A stretch of DNA of 32,000 nt from NCBI GenBank assembly GCA_943789275.1, contig CALSTM010000002.1:180001-212000 (forward strand). Reading direction: 5' to 3'. Positions 1-10,258 of this stretch are shown in pieces. A model generated the notes under the pieces. It ran no database searches, was not told the DNA's origin, and was given only the letters and a program-made list of their open reading frames with translations. The stretch's first letter is position 1, and each line of letters begins with the position of its first letter. Position numbers and translations under genes: made by a program. The stretch is from Candidatus Poseidoniaceae archaeon (GTDB lineage: Archaea; Thermoplasmatota; Poseidoniia; Poseidoniales; Poseidoniaceae).

Positions 1-2
1 CT

Positions 3-695
3 GATATTCACGCCAACACAATGCTGCAATGGCGCAAGTGGAGAGACTCTGCCGGCGAAGTTGTTTCTATGCAATTAGAAGCGTCGATGGAAACATCACT
101 CATTCAAGTCGCTGCACACTACATCAACGTCATGCAAGCCATGCAAGACGAACGTGATGATGCTCTCGAAAAACTTGCAAAGGGCGACCCTGCTGCTTTG
201 GAAAGCAAAGTTCGAAGTCAACTGGAAAAGAGTATCCGAAGTGAACTTGAGAAAGAAATTCGTGCTGAACTCGAAGAGGAATTCAAGGGTCGTGGCGCTG
301 CAAGCAATTCAAAAACAAAGGCAGCAAAATCAACTTCTCAATCAAAGCCAAAGAAAGACACGACCAAGGCCGCTGCCTCAAAGGCCGCCGCCAACACGCA
401 GAAAAAGAAATCAAGCGGCATGTTTGGCCCAAAGAAAATCAAAAAGACATACGAAGGCGAGCCTGGCGGAAAAGCGGAATGGTTCCTATCCGATGCATTG
501 GATACCGTCTATGACCCGCATGGAACGGGTAAAGCGGTTAAACCGGCTACAATTCTTGCTCGCTCAGCACAAGGCAACGTTCGTGTTCGAGATGTTGTTC
601 GAATTTACGATGTTGAGGGTGAAGATGGCATCAGTGAACTCGCTTGGACAAGCCCTCTTACCAAATACATCATCGAAGCATACGACGCTTGCTGA
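3..695 (+). CDS. hypothetical protein, probably 5'-truncated at the window edge (coiled-coil segment, Lys/Ala/Ser-rich low-complexity linker, globular C-terminal ~90 aa)
   Basis: The frame is open from nt 3 and the first in-window ATG is at 21 (ORF track 21..695). I recognise no family. Its TGA stop abuts the carB stop (TGATCA at 693-698). Confidence 0.5.
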   Translation, partial: DIHANTMLQWRKWRDSAGEVVSMQLEASMETSLIQVAAHYINVMQAMQDERDDALEKLAKGDPAALESKVRSQLEKSIRSELEKEIRAELEEEFKGRGAASNSKTKAAKSTSQSKPKKDTTKAAASKAAANTQKKKSSGMFGPKKIKKTYEGEPGGKAEWFLSDALDTVYDPHGTGKAVKPATILARSAQGNVRVRDVVRIYDVEGEDGISELAWTSPLTKYIIEAYDAC

Positions 696-3600
696 TCAGT
701 AGTGGACCGTCAATCTACGAGGCTCGAGAGGCCCACTTAACCGTGCTTTACTCGCAGCCACTTCCATTTTAGCGCCACGCAGTGTCGTGACAAAAGGAAT
801 GTTCAATTCAACGGCGAGACGACGCATCATGTTACCATCTCGAACCGCACCACCAGAAACAGTAGGCACATTCACGATAAACGAAACTTCCCCTTTATGC
901 ATCAAGTCAAGTGCATCCGGATGATTCTTGTCTGCGATTCTATAGGCAACACTCACTGGAACTCCTGCATCTCGAAGTGCATCACATGTACCTGGTGTAG
1001 CAAACAAGTTGAACCCGAGTTCGACCAACTCTTGAGCAATTGGAATCAGGCCCTCCTTGTCTTCATTTCGAACGGTAAGGTAGGCGCCTCCAGATGTAGC
1101 CACAGGCACTTCAGTAGCAAGTCGAGCCTTGAGGTAGGCTTTGTCTGCAGTGACATCAGAACCGTAGACTTCTCCAGTCGATTTCATTTCTGGCCCGGGG
1201 GCTGGGTCGAGTCCTCGAAGTTTGATGAATGGGAAAACGGGGGCTTTCACGCAAATTTGGCCGGAAGTTCTTCGAGGAATCTCTTGCTCTGAAAGGGGAA
1301 TCCCAATGGTAATGTTCGCTGCAATCCTTGCCATCGGCAGTCCTGTTGCCTTCGCTACGAACGGCACAGTCCGAGAGGAGCGCGGGTTGACTTCAAGCAC
1401 ATACAAATCATCCCCTTGTAATGCAAACTGAATGTTGTAACAACCCTTGATCTTGAGACCTAAGCCAATAATTTTCGTCTGCTCAGCAATCTTAGCCAAC
1501 ATTGATTCGGAGATGTTTTGCGCAGGAATAAAACAAGTCGAGTCACCGGAGTGAATTCCAGCCTCTTCGAGATGTTCCATAATGGCACCAACCAGAACAT
1601 CGGTGCCATCGCAAGCTGCGTCCACGTCAATTTCTGTAGCATGACCAAGGTAATCGTCGACCAAGAGGGGTTTGTCAGGAGCCAGATAGGCTTCTTCAAG
1701 ATAGGCGTTCAACTGTTGCTCGTTGGAAAGAATCTCCATACCCCGTCCACCAAGAACATACGATGGTCGTATCAAGACTGGAAAGCCGATGTCCATTGCA
1801 GCATTACGGATATCTTCAGCACTGGTACCTGTTGTTCCGTTGGGCATTCGTAATCCTGAACGCTTAGCAAAGGCCTCAAATCGCTCACGATCGCTTGCTT
1901 CATCCACAGCGTCGCACGAAGTACCCATAATGGAAAGGTCGAGACCCATCGGTTTGAGGAGCGGTAAACGCTCACTCAACGGCAGTGCAAGATTGATGGC
2001 GGTTTGACCACCAAACTGCAAAAGAATACCGTGAGCTTTCTCTCGAAGAAGTATTTCAGACACATACTCCAATGTCAACGGGTCGAAATACAACCGGTCA
2101 GAAGTGTCGAAGTCTGTCGAAACCGTTTCAGGATTGTTGTTGATGATGATAGCATCCTTTCCCGCTTCACGAATCGCTTTGACGGCGTGAACGCATCCAT
2201 AATCAAACTCAATCCCCTGTCCAATTCGAATTGGGCCGCTACCCACGGTAACCAGGCGTTCTTTTGTCCGTGATTCCATGTCCGGCAAATGGTCGATTCC
2301 TTTGGCATCGTCCAATTCATAGGTCGAATAATAGTAAGGCGTCTTCGCAGCAAATTCAGCAGCACAGGAGTCGACCATTCTATAGCGAGGATGTAGACGT
2401 AGTGCATGTCTTCGACTCATGACTGCCTCCTCATTGCGGCCAGCAGGTATTGAGCGCGGCCCTGTTGGAGGGAATCCAGCTAAAGCGTCTGCAATGTGGT
2501 TGTCTGAAAAGCCGTGACTCTTCCAGTGGCGCAACTGTTCACGAGTTAATTCGGTTGGTAGTGCTGAAGTATGCGTAATTTCTTGTTCCATCTTTGCTAT
2601 GTTCTCAAAGCGGTAAAGGAACCAACGAGTAATCCGAGTAATTTCATGTACTTTTTCAACACTCCAACCTCGGCGGAACGCTTCAATTAATGCGCCCATT
2701 CGACGGTCGGTAGCGACTCTGCACCATTCAACTAAAGTGGAATCTGGAAGTGCTGTGAGTGCCCTATCCGCCATTCCTTCACCCTCCGATTCATCCGCAC
2801 GTGTGAGCGGGCGCGGGTGGGCACAACCTTGTTCCAAAGAAGCCCAAGCCTTCAAGAACGCTTCTTCGAAGTTTCTTCCAATAGCCATTACTTCACCGGT
2901 CGACTTCATCGAAGTCCCAAGTTCCCGATCTGCGGTTCTAAACTTGTCAAACGGCCAACGAGGGATTTTGACGACACAATAGTCCAATGTTGGTTCAAAG
3001 GCAGCGGTTGTCCCTTCTCCGGTGATTGGGTTCGGTAATTCATCAAGTGTATAGCCAACTGCAATCTTTGCAGCCATCCGAGCGATAGGGTATCCAGTCG
3101 CCTTACTTGCCAATGCTGAGGAACGTGATACACGAGGGTTAACTTCGATCACTCGAATTTCTCCAGTGAATTGGTTAAAGGCAAACTGTACGTTACAACC
3201 ACCTTTGATGTTCAACGCCCGTATAAGTGAAAGGGCTTGGTCTCGAAGGATTTGGTGATCAGCGTCAGAAAACGACTGCAGAGGTGCTACGACCGTTGAT
3301 TCGCCGGTATGGACGCCCATGGGGTCGATGTTTTCCATGGTACACACAATCGTTGCATTATCCGCACCGTCTCGCATGACTTCGTACTCCAATTCTTGCC
3401 AACCAAGAATTGATTCTTCGATCAAGACTTGATTGATTCGAGAGTTTCTCAAACCTAACGTGGCAATTTCCACCAGTTGGCCGATGTCCCATGCCGTACC
3501 CCCACCTAATCCGCCCAATGTAAAGGCAGGACGAATCAAAACAGGCCAAGCACCAATTGATTCTGCTGCTGCAATGACTTCATCCATGGTGTTGCAAGCA

Positions 3601-4040
3601 ATAGCCTCGGAGATAGGGAGGTTGATGGATTCACACACTTGGTTAAACAATTCACGGTCTTCTGCTTTGTCAATAGCGTCCAAATCAGAACCAATGAGTT
3701 CGACTCCGAGCCGTTCAAGGGAACCGTCATGGGCAAGTTCACTGGCGATATTGAGAGCCGTCTGGCCACCCATTCCAGCCAACAAGGCACATGGTTTCTC
3801 AATCTCCAAGATGCGACGAACAGTATCCGGAAGAAGTGGTTCGATGTACACCTTATCTGCCATTTCAGGGTCGTTTTGAATGGTTGCAGGATTCGAGTTT
3901 ACCAAAATCACCTCGTAACCATCCTCTCGCAATGCACGAACGGCTTGGCTTCCTGAAAAGTCAAACTCAGCAGCCTGTCCAATTTTAATAGGACCGCTGC
4001 CAAGCACGAGAATGGTCTTCAAATCATCACGTCGAGGCAT
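696..4040 (-). CDS. carB: carbamoyl-phosphate synthase large subunit
   Basis: 1114-aa ORF with two ATP-grasp halves (GPIKIGQAAEFDFSGSQA and GPIRIGQGIEFDYGCVHA) and a C-terminal MGS-like domain. Its ATG overlaps the carA stop (TGATG, 4038-4042). Confidence 0.97.
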   Translation of the reverse strand: MPRRDDLKTILVLGSGPIKIGQAAEFDFSGSQAVRALREDGYEVILVNSNPATIQNDPEMADKVYIEPLLPDTVRRILEIEKPCALLAGMGGQTALNIASELAHDGSLERLGVELIGSDLDAIDKAEDRELFNQVCESINLPISEAIACNTMDEVIAAAESIGAWPVLIRPAFTLGGLGGGTAWDIGQLVEIATLGLRNSRINQVLIEESILGWQELEYEVMRDGADNATIVCTMENIDPMGVHTGESTVVAPLQSFSDADHQILRDQALSLIRALNIKGGCNVQFAFNQFTGEIRVIEVNPRVSRSSALASKATGYPIARMAAKIAVGYTLDELPNPITGEGTTAAFEPTLDYCVVKIPRWPFDKFRTADRELGTSMKSTGEVMAIGRNFEEAFLKAWASLEQGCAHPRPLTRADESEGEGMADRALTALPDSTLVEWCRVATDRRMGALIEAFRRGWSVEKVHEITRITRWFLYRFENIAKMEQEITHTSALPTELTREQLRHWKSHGFSDNHIADALAGFPPTGPRSIPAGRNEEAVMSRRHALRLHPRYRMVDSCAAEFAAKTPYYYSTYELDDAKGIDHLPDMESRTKERLVTVGSGPIRIGQGIEFDYGCVHAVKAIREAGKDAIIINNNPETVSTDFDTSDRLYFDPLTLEYVSEILLREKAHGILLQFGGQTAINLALPLSERLPLLKPMGLDLSIMGTSCDAVDEASDRERFEAFAKRSGLRMPNGTTGTSAEDIRNAAMDIGFPVLIRPSYVLGGRGMEILSNEQQLNAYLEEAYLAPDKPLLVDDYLGHATEIDVDAACDGTDVLVGAIMEHLEEAGIHSGDSTCFIPAQNISESMLAKIAEQTKIIGLGLKIKGCYNIQFALQGDDLYVLEVNPRSSRTVPFVAKATGLPMARIAANITIGIPLSEQEIPRRTSGQICVKAPVFPFIKLRGLDPAPGPEMKSTGEVYGSDVTADKAYLKARLATEVPVATSGGAYLTVRNEDKEGLIPIAQELVELGFNLFATPGTCDALRDAGVPVSVAYRIADKNHPDALDLMHKGEVSFIVNVPTVSGGAVRDGNMMRRLAVELNIPFVTTLRGAKMEVAASKARLSGPLEPRRLTVHY

Positions 4041-5386
4041 CAGTATTCACCTCCAAGTGCACGGTCAACAATATCTCGAAATTGCTCAAAGAGAGGGGCT
4101 GCATCGTGCGGTCCTGGGCAAGCCTCAGGGTGGAATTGAACGGTAAAGGACGGATGTCCAACCAAATCCAACCCCTCGACGGTTCTGTCATTGGCATTCA
4201 CAAAGCGTACGGTTACTTCTGCACCGTGGAGGTTCTCACCGGGGGGTGAGCACGCACCACTTGGGTGAGCAGCTAACATCCCCGCATCAGGGTCTGCAAC
4301 AGCAAAACCATGGTTCTGACTCGTGATGGAGACAAGTCCCGTTTTCAAATCGATAACGGGTTGGTTCGCTCCACGGTGACCGTAGCGCATTTTGTAGGTC
4401 TGCAACCCGGATGCGAGTCCCATCAACTGGTGTCCTAAGCAAATCCCCATCACTGGCATTTTTGCTTGAACGGCTTGAGCAAGCGTATTGCGGGCCATGG
4501 TTGCTTTACCCGAATGTGCAGGATCTCCTGGCCCATTGGAACAGAACAGAGCATCGATTTGGTAATCGTTGACAAGAACCTCAAACGAGGTCTCAGGTGG
4601 GCACCACACGACCTCGAAATGACGGCATAGATTACGTAAAATGTTGAACTTAATTCCGCAATCCAGTGCCCCAAGTCGAGGAAGAGGTTGATCGAGTACA
4701 TCCAATGCCCCCGAATTGAGAACGACTGGAGAGGATATCGAAACTTGTTCGACAAGGTCTTCGAGGTCCGGAGAAGTTAATTCGTTCAAGCGAGTTTGCA
4801 GTAGAGCTTCATCGTCTGCTGGCCCAAAGACACACAGAACAGTTCCAAGTTCACGAACTCGACGTGTTATGGCCCGAGTGTCAATACCTTGAATCCCGGG
4901 TACGCCATGAAGCCGTAGCAAATCTTCGACTGGAGCGATGGAATGCCGGTGGTCGGGTTGATGCATTGCGTGCCGGACAACGACGCCTCGAGGCCAAACA
5001 CCAGATGACTCGGATGCACCAGCATGAATTCCGTAATTTCCAATCAATGGGTAGGTAAACGTAAGGACTTGACCTGCAAACGATGGGTCCGTGAGTGATT
5101 CTTGATAACCCATCATCCCTGTGGTGAAAACAAGTTCCCCTTCACCGTGACCATTCGCTCCAAACAAGGTCCCTCGATAGCGGCCTCCATCCGCAGTCAG
5201 CAGAAGACCTGGCCCCTCAGCTGAAGGTGGTAAAACCACTCCCTGAGACAACCCATCAGCAGCATCTACGAAGGAAGGAGCGTTTGCTACTCCGCGTTGA
5301 TTCCGTCCAGGACAGAAACTGCCGGTTTGTGTAACACCTCCCGACATCAATTTTCGTCGAAAACGAACCCACATAATAATTGGCAT
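4040..5386 (-). CDS. carA: carbamoyl-phosphate synthase small (glutaminase) subunit; start codon uncertain
   Basis: CPSase small-chain motif ELVFTTGMMGYQESLTDPSFAGQVLTFTYPLIGNYG plus class-I amidotransferase motifs (GICLGHQL, HGFAV, FHPE). The region homologous to other CarA proteins begins at about residue 57. A GTG at 5239 is an alternative start. Confidence 0.94.
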   Translation of the reverse strand: MPIIMWVRFRRKLMSGGVTQTGSFCPGRNQRGVANAPSFVDAADGLSQGVVLPPSAEGPGLLLTADGGRYRGTLFGANGHGEGELVFTTGMMGYQESLTDPSFAGQVLTFTYPLIGNYGIHAGASESSGVWPRGVVVRHAMHQPDHRHSIAPVEDLLRLHGVPGIQGIDTRAITRRVRELGTVLCVFGPADDEALLQTRLNELTSPDLEDLVEQVSISSPVVLNSGALDVLDQPLPRLGALDCGIKFNILRNLCRHFEVVWCPPETSFEVLVNDYQIDALFCSNGPGDPAHSGKATMARNTLAQAVQAKMPVMGICLGHQLMGLASGLQTYKMRYGHRGANQPVIDLKTGLVSITSQNHGFAVADPDAGMLAAHPSGACSPPGENLHGAEVTVRFVNANDRTVEGLDLVGHPSFTVQFHPEACPGPHDAAPLFEQFRDIVDRALGGEY

Positions 5387-5468
5387 CGAATACGGATGAG
5401 AGAAGCGACCTCAGTTTGGACTTAAACCAGCGGTGAAAAAGGCCCATACATCGCAAGTAAGCAGACTC

Positions 5469-6038
5469 TTACTCTTCTTCTTCACGGTCTAAATCCCGAA
5501 CTCTCTTTCCGTTCGCCGTGGGTTGAATAATCAGCCGCGCATCATCAAAGGAACGGTTGCTTCCAGATTCGCCGTACCAAGCATCCAGAAACAGTGCTAA
5601 AGCGGCGACTTCAGAGTGAGGTTGGTTACCAACCGCTACGTTGTACTGACAGTGTTTGTAGACATCACCGGGAACTTTAGCGCCTCCGACAACGATGACC
5701 ATTGGCCGGTCACGACGGATGCGAGGTATTGCTTCACGGAAAGGCTCACCATACATCGTCAAATGAACGGCAATGCCTGGACTTCCATCGCCTGCATCCT
5801 CTTCAACAAAACGACGTAACCAACCCATAGGTGAATGAATGTGTTCAGTTTCCATGCCCCCACCAAAACGATTGGCAACCGATTCGAGATTTTCAAACAT
5901 TTTCGGGTCTTCATCTCCAGCCAGAAGAAAGCGATCTGCACCAAGAGCACGCCCAACAAGGGCAAGGTGTGTCGTGATTCGAGGGTCACGCCCAAGGCGA
6001 TAACCTAAGCGAAGAACATCGACACGCTCACCTGTCAT
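5469..6038 (-). CDS. tRNA (cytidine56-2'-O)-methyltransferase aTrm56 (SPOUT family)
   Basis: Matches my memory of archaeal aTrm56: VLRLGYRLGRDPRITTHLALVGRALGA, VHLTMYG, VVGGAKVP, YNVAVGNQPHSEVAALALFLD. Confidence 0.85.
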   Translation of the reverse strand: MTGERVDVLRLGYRLGRDPRITTHLALVGRALGADRFLLAGDEDPKMFENLESVANRFGGGMETEHIHSPMGWLRRFVEEDAGDGSPGIAVHLTMYGEPFREAIPRIRRDRPMVIVVGGAKVPGDVYKHCQYNVAVGNQPHSEVAALALFLDAWYGESGSNRSFDDARLIIQPTANGKRVRDLDREEEE

Positions 6039-6082
6039 GATGCATCGAGTTGATAATCCTACAAGAAAGGTGCAGTCTCAAC

Positions 6083-6718
6083 TCAATCTGCTGGATGGAG
6101 TTCAAGCGCAACAGACTCTTCGACAGGAGAAATGTCGATGTCATGGTTCGCACAGAATTGCTTGAGCCAGTAGAGAAGGAAAGCGTCGACCAAAAAATGT
6201 GCGCAATATGAAACACCACCCCAGAGTAATCCGAGCCGTGCACTACGCCAAAGGGCGGTTTGTGCCTCAAGTTCGTTGGTGACAAAACCGTAGACGAGGG
6301 GTTCTATGGCGTAAAAACCGCACACGATAATCATCACGCCAGAGACCAAGGATGGGAACAGGTGACCCAGCTCGCGGCTGTAAACCCTAAAGAATGCCGA
6401 AAGAAGACCCAAGATCATGACAGCAATGGCGACATCAGGGAAACTAAGCGTCCCTAGAATAGACACTCCGGTATCCACGCTGTCGTCCGCAGATGAAATG
6501 AATATCCAGAAGAACAAGGCCAGAATGGCAATGAGAATCCCTCCAAAATAGGCTTTTGCAGAAATCATTTCAAAAATAGCGTTGTGGTCCTTGACCTTCA
6601 AACGACGAATCAATCGTTCTGCCAATTCGTGACGGTGCTCATTGGCTTCTTGACCGATGATTGGCTCCTGCGGAGACCCCAAGTCAAGCGGGGAATCGGC
6701 GAGATTGTCGTCGGTCAT
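6083..6718 (-). CDS. hypothetical integral membrane protein (about 4 TM helices)
   Basis: The ORF track gives 6083..6733 with a GTG start. The first ATG is at 6718 (MTDDNLAD...). It has an acidic N-terminal tail followed by hydrophobic helices. No family recognised. Confidence 0.5.
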   Translation of the reverse strand: MTDDNLADSPLDLGSPQEPIIGQEANEHRHELAERLIRRLKVKDHNAIFEMISAKAYFGGILIAILALFFWIFISSADDSVDTGVSILGTLSFPDVAIAVMILGLLSAFFRVYSRELGHLFPSLVSGVMIIVCGFYAIEPLVYGFVTNELEAQTALWRSARLGLLWGGVSYCAHFLVDAFLLYWLKQFCANHDIDISPVEESVALELHPAD

Positions 6719-6766
6719 AGGTGACCTTGACACTCACATGTTATCAAATCTGCCGAACTCGGGAGG

Positions 6767-7636
6767 TTGATGGGCGCCTCCTTACCACCCAATCGAAATC
6801 GCCGAGACCATCTCTCGATGAATCTACACCGCTCTGAAGAACAGCCGTGCCACATCATGGGAATCCTCAATGTGACGCCGGATTCGTTTCATGAACAGAG
6901 TCGCATGACCACAGTTGAACAGGCTGTGGAAACTGCTTTGGACATGTGGCAAAAAGGCGCCACATGGATTGATATCGGAGGCGAGTCAACACGCCCAAAT
7001 GCAGATTATGTCTCCGTTGAGCAAGAATTGAAACGGGTCGTCCCTGTCATCGAAGCGTTGCGGCTTCGTAACGAGACTGGACTTCTTTCAATCGATACTC
7101 GGCGCCCAGAGGTTGCCCGGGCAGCACTTGATGCTGGGGCTGATCTCATCAATGATGTCTCGGGACTGAGAGACCCCGAAATGGTCTCACTCATTCTTGA
7201 AAAGCAATGCGGAGTATGCATCATGCACATGCAAGGAGAGCCCCAATCCATGCAACAAAAACCCTCCTACGACGATTGCGCACAAGAAGTAAGTACACAG
7301 TTACTTGAAACAGCACGCGGATTGATAGCTGCTGGTTTACCTGCAGAATTAATCGTGCTTGATCCTGGAATTGGATTCGGGAAATTACTTGAACACAACA
7401 TCGACCTTTTACAAAGGCATGAGTTGTTCCGAGGAATCGAAGGCTTCTCTCTTCTATGGGGCGTGTCGCGCAAATCCATGATTGGACAATTGACAGGGCA
7501 CGACGACCCCAACCAACGGCTGAGTGGAACGCTTGCAGTTGCTGCAATGGCTTACTACCAAGGAATAGATATCGTCCGAGTGCACGATGTTCAAGAGCAT
7601 ATCGATTTGCTCAAAGTGCTCAATTCTATTGATTAA
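6767..7636 (+). CDS. folP: dihydropteroate synthase
   Basis: Pterin-binding motifs GILNVTPDSF and DIGGESTRP, then the C-terminal VRVHDV. The more likely start is ATG 6818 (MNLHRSEEQPCHIMGILN), judged by spacing to the first motif. Confidence 0.9.
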   Translation: MMGASLPPNRNRRDHLSMNLHRSEEQPCHIMGILNVTPDSFHEQSRMTTVEQAVETALDMWQKGATWIDIGGESTRPNADYVSVEQELKRVVPVIEALRLRNETGLLSIDTRRPEVARAALDAGADLINDVSGLRDPEMVSLILEKQCGVCIMHMQGEPQSMQQKPSYDDCAQEVSTQLLETARGLIAAGLPAELIVLDPGIGFGKLLEHNIDLLQRHELFRGIEGFSLLWGVSRKSMIGQLTGHDDPNQRLSGTLAVAAMAYYQGIDIVRVHDVQEHIDLLKVLNSID

Positions 7637-8796
7637 AGCAGGCTTCCAACCAGTCCAGTTGCCGCAAACCAAGCACCTGCCATACTGCCAAGGTTTGACA
7701 GAGAGGTCACCATCAAAACACGTCCTGCTTTATTGGACCAAAAGGAGCCAAGGCTCTCCAATTTGAGGAATTGTTGCAAATCCTCAGCAGTCGGCTCTTT
7801 GATTTTAAGTTGAACATAACCTGCAAACCAACCAGCTGCAAGTGTAGGATTGAGAGAGGTAATCGGAGAGGCAGCTGCTGCAGTGAGAATCGCTAATGGG
7901 TGGCCACGAGCAAGTGCACACCCTAGAGCGGCGAACACGGCATTGGCTGCTGTCCAAACGGTGAACATTTCAATCAAACTGTCACGCGAACCAGAAGCGA
8001 TTGAATAGCCAATCAAGCTCATCACAAAGAGTGGAATGAGCCAAGGGATACTCTTTGAAAAACGACCCCGTACTGGAAGTTGATTCAAATCATCCAAGGA
8101 AGATTTGTTCGGCATTGACTGTTCTAAAAGGTGCTTTTCAATACCTTTGAGGTGACCTGCACCGACGACAGCCAGCGTTTTCTTCTCATCCTCGTGTAGA
8201 AGTGCGAGTTTACCGGCAAGGTAAGAGTCTCTCTCATCGATGAGAACAAGGCCAGCACCTGGCGAAAAAGTTCGCAATTCCTCCATTAATGAGGTAAGGA
8301 GATCTTGGTCCTCAAGTAATTCATTGACTTCAGGCGCATCTTCGTCCTCATCATCACCGAGCAAAGACCAGAGGATTCGAACCTTTTCTCGAAAGCGCAT
8401 TTTCTTCCAAGCGCGCCGAAGCGTGGTTTGGATATCACGGTCGATGAGAGCAACCTCGAGCTCGGCTGCTTCAGCCTCTTGAACCGCAGCGAGAAGTTCC
8501 GCACCGGGCTGTTGGCCTTCATCCAATCCCATTTTCCGTTGTTCAGCAGCGAGCAATGATTGCAACAAAACCAGAGGAGCTTTACCTTCTTTGACGACTT
8601 TCAACAACCCCTCTTTATCCAAACGACGATCGCTGGTCAGTGCTTGATGCCGTGAATCGCACAATTCAACAGCCACTCGTTCGGGTTGGTAAGTAGAAAT
8701 TTGTTCACGCACCGCCTCAACACTGGCGGTAGATACGTGTGCGGTCCCAAGGATTCGAAGGGTCGGACTGATGTCAATGAAAGGAGTTTCAGTCAT
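7633..8796 (-). CDS. TraB/PrgY (pheromone-shutdown-like) family protein with C-terminal membrane domain
   Basis: N-terminus ILGTAHVSTASVEAVREQI...PERVAVELC, then ELLAAVQEAE...LIDRD, and VVGAGHLKG before 4-5 C-terminal TM helices. Its ATG overlaps the upstream DHH stop (ATGA, 8793-8796). Confidence 0.75.
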   Translation of the reverse strand: MTETPFIDISPTLRILGTAHVSTASVEAVREQISTYQPERVAVELCDSRHQALTSDRRLDKEGLLKVVKEGKAPLVLLQSLLAAEQRKMGLDEGQQPGAELLAAVQEAEAAELEVALIDRDIQTTLRRAWKKMRFREKVRILWSLLGDDEDEDAPEVNELLEDQDLLTSLMEELRTFSPGAGLVLIDERDSYLAGKLALLHEDEKKTLAVVGAGHLKGIEKHLLEQSMPNKSSLDDLNQLPVRGRFSKSIPWLIPLFVMSLIGYSIASGSRDSLIEMFTVWTAANAVFAALGCALARGHPLAILTAAAASPITSLNPTLAAGWFAGYVQLKIKEPTAEDLQQFLKLESLGSFWSNKAGRVLMVTSLSNLGSMAGAWFAATGLVGSLL

Positions 8797-10196
8797 TCGC
8801 CCTCACCGTCCGAGAAGAGTTGACGAAGTTGAAGTGACATTGCCTCAATGGCTTGGACTTCTGCTGCCTCGGGGTCGTCTGGAAGTTGATTGAGTAAAAC
8901 ATCAAATGGAATTTGGCCACCAGCAAGTGCCTTGTGGCCACCTGAAAGGCCACCACCCCAAGTATCTGAAAGCAAACGTCCGAGGTGGACATCTTCATTC
9001 TTTGAGCGTGCTGAAAGAATCACTTTACCACGCCGCGGTCCAAAAACGATAACGGTATCAATGCCTTCGGTAGGCAAAAGGAAATCTGCGATTTGGGCCA
9101 ATGAATCTCTGTTTGGCATGGAAGAAAGTGGAGCAAGAAGGGTTGAGCCAACCAGTGTCCTTGAGCCAAGAGCCTCAGCGAAAGATTCCAATGTTTGTTG
9201 CGACCGTGGAGGCTCTTCTATAGAACTTATCAACTCTGAATCTACATAGGCATTCAACCATGAAAGAGCACGGATATCCACGGGATTGAAGTGACGGGTG
9301 AAACCAAGAGTGTCCGTTCGAATGCCGAAAGCAAGGGCTGTAGCAACACGAGCAGTCATTGGGTGGTTCAAACTCATGAGAAGGCTAGCGACCAAGGATG
9401 ATGTCGCCGAATATTCAGGACGAAGCATGGAGATGTCGGCTGCAACCGATTCATCCGAGGTATGGTGATCGAGTACAACATGAGGGACGCAATCCTCCGG
9501 AAGGATGTTGTTAGCCCCAGGTCGATGGAAGTCAACGGTCATGACGACTGCAGCATCTCGGAGCACATCTTGGACTTCCCAATCAAGGATAAGCCGTCGA
9601 ACGGGTATATCGAGTAAGCGAACCATCGCACGGTTTTGCTGGTGCTCAATAAGACCTCCATGCAACAGCGAGGGCTCGAGCCCCATGCTTCGAACCAACT
9701 CATACATTGCCAAACCCGCACCTAATGCATCTGGGTCTGGGTTGTCATGACAAAATATGGCCACTTTCGAACCTACAGGAACGGAATGGAGGTAATGATG
9801 AAGAACACTGGCTCCGTCTTTTTGTTCCCATGAGCGGATGCGATCCTGCATTGCTGCGAAGGACACATCATCGACGCTGATCAAATCTACGCCATCCCCT
9901 TCAAGCGACAGCGTCGTTAGAATCGGAACATCTTGCCAGTGATTTTGAAGGGCTTCAAGAGGATTCTCATCGGCTAATGCCTCAGGATTGAGCAAAAGAA
10001 CTGCAGTTGGTTTTTGGGCTTCAAGTGGGAGTGAATTGAGTGGCATTGGCGATGGTAACGCCATGATTTCACATCCTTCCAGAGGCCCATCGAGTGGAAG
10101 GTTCGATGCCAGACCAATAAGAACACTGCGTCGACGTAGTGCACACCATTGGCTTAAGCGAACAGCGAGATGTCCAGAGCCGATGATGAGAAACAT
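8793..10196 (-). CDS. DHH/DHHA1 family phosphoesterase (NrnA/RecJ-like) with an extra ~130-aa N-terminal domain
   Basis: DHH motifs (IFCHDNPDPDALGAG, VVLDHHTSDE) and a DHHA1 motif (GGGLSGGHKALAGG). The N-terminus MFLIIGSGHLAVRL looks Rossmann-like. GGTGA lies 4 nt upstream of the ATG. Confidence 0.8.
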   Translation of the reverse strand: MFLIIGSGHLAVRLSQWCALRRRSVLIGLASNLPLDGPLEGCEIMALPSPMPLNSLPLEAQKPTAVLLLNPEALADENPLEALQNHWQDVPILTTLSLEGDGVDLISVDDVSFAAMQDRIRSWEQKDGASVLHHYLHSVPVGSKVAIFCHDNPDPDALGAGLAMYELVRSMGLEPSLLHGGLIEHQQNRAMVRLLDIPVRRLILDWEVQDVLRDAAVVMTVDFHRPGANNILPEDCVPHVVLDHHTSDESVAADISMLRPEYSATSSLVASLLMSLNHPMTARVATALAFGIRTDTLGFTRHFNPVDIRALSWLNAYVDSELISSIEEPPRSQQTLESFAEALGSRTLVGSTLLAPLSSMPNRDSLAQIADFLLPTEGIDTVIVFGPRRGKVILSARSKNEDVHLGRLLSDTWGGGLSGGHKALAGGQIPFDVLLNQLPDDPEAAEVQAIEAMSLQLRQLFSDGEGE

Positions 10197-10258
10197 CCTT
10201 TCACCAATTCACGTTTAGGCCTATGCGTTAAGAAGTTACGCTAAGACCGAGTACAGCA

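Noticed and set aside
897-3988. Many 60-150-aa ORFs on both strands within the carB span
   Set aside because: They are fully nested in or antisense to a 1114-aa gene with unambiguous CarB motifs. None has recognisable domains.
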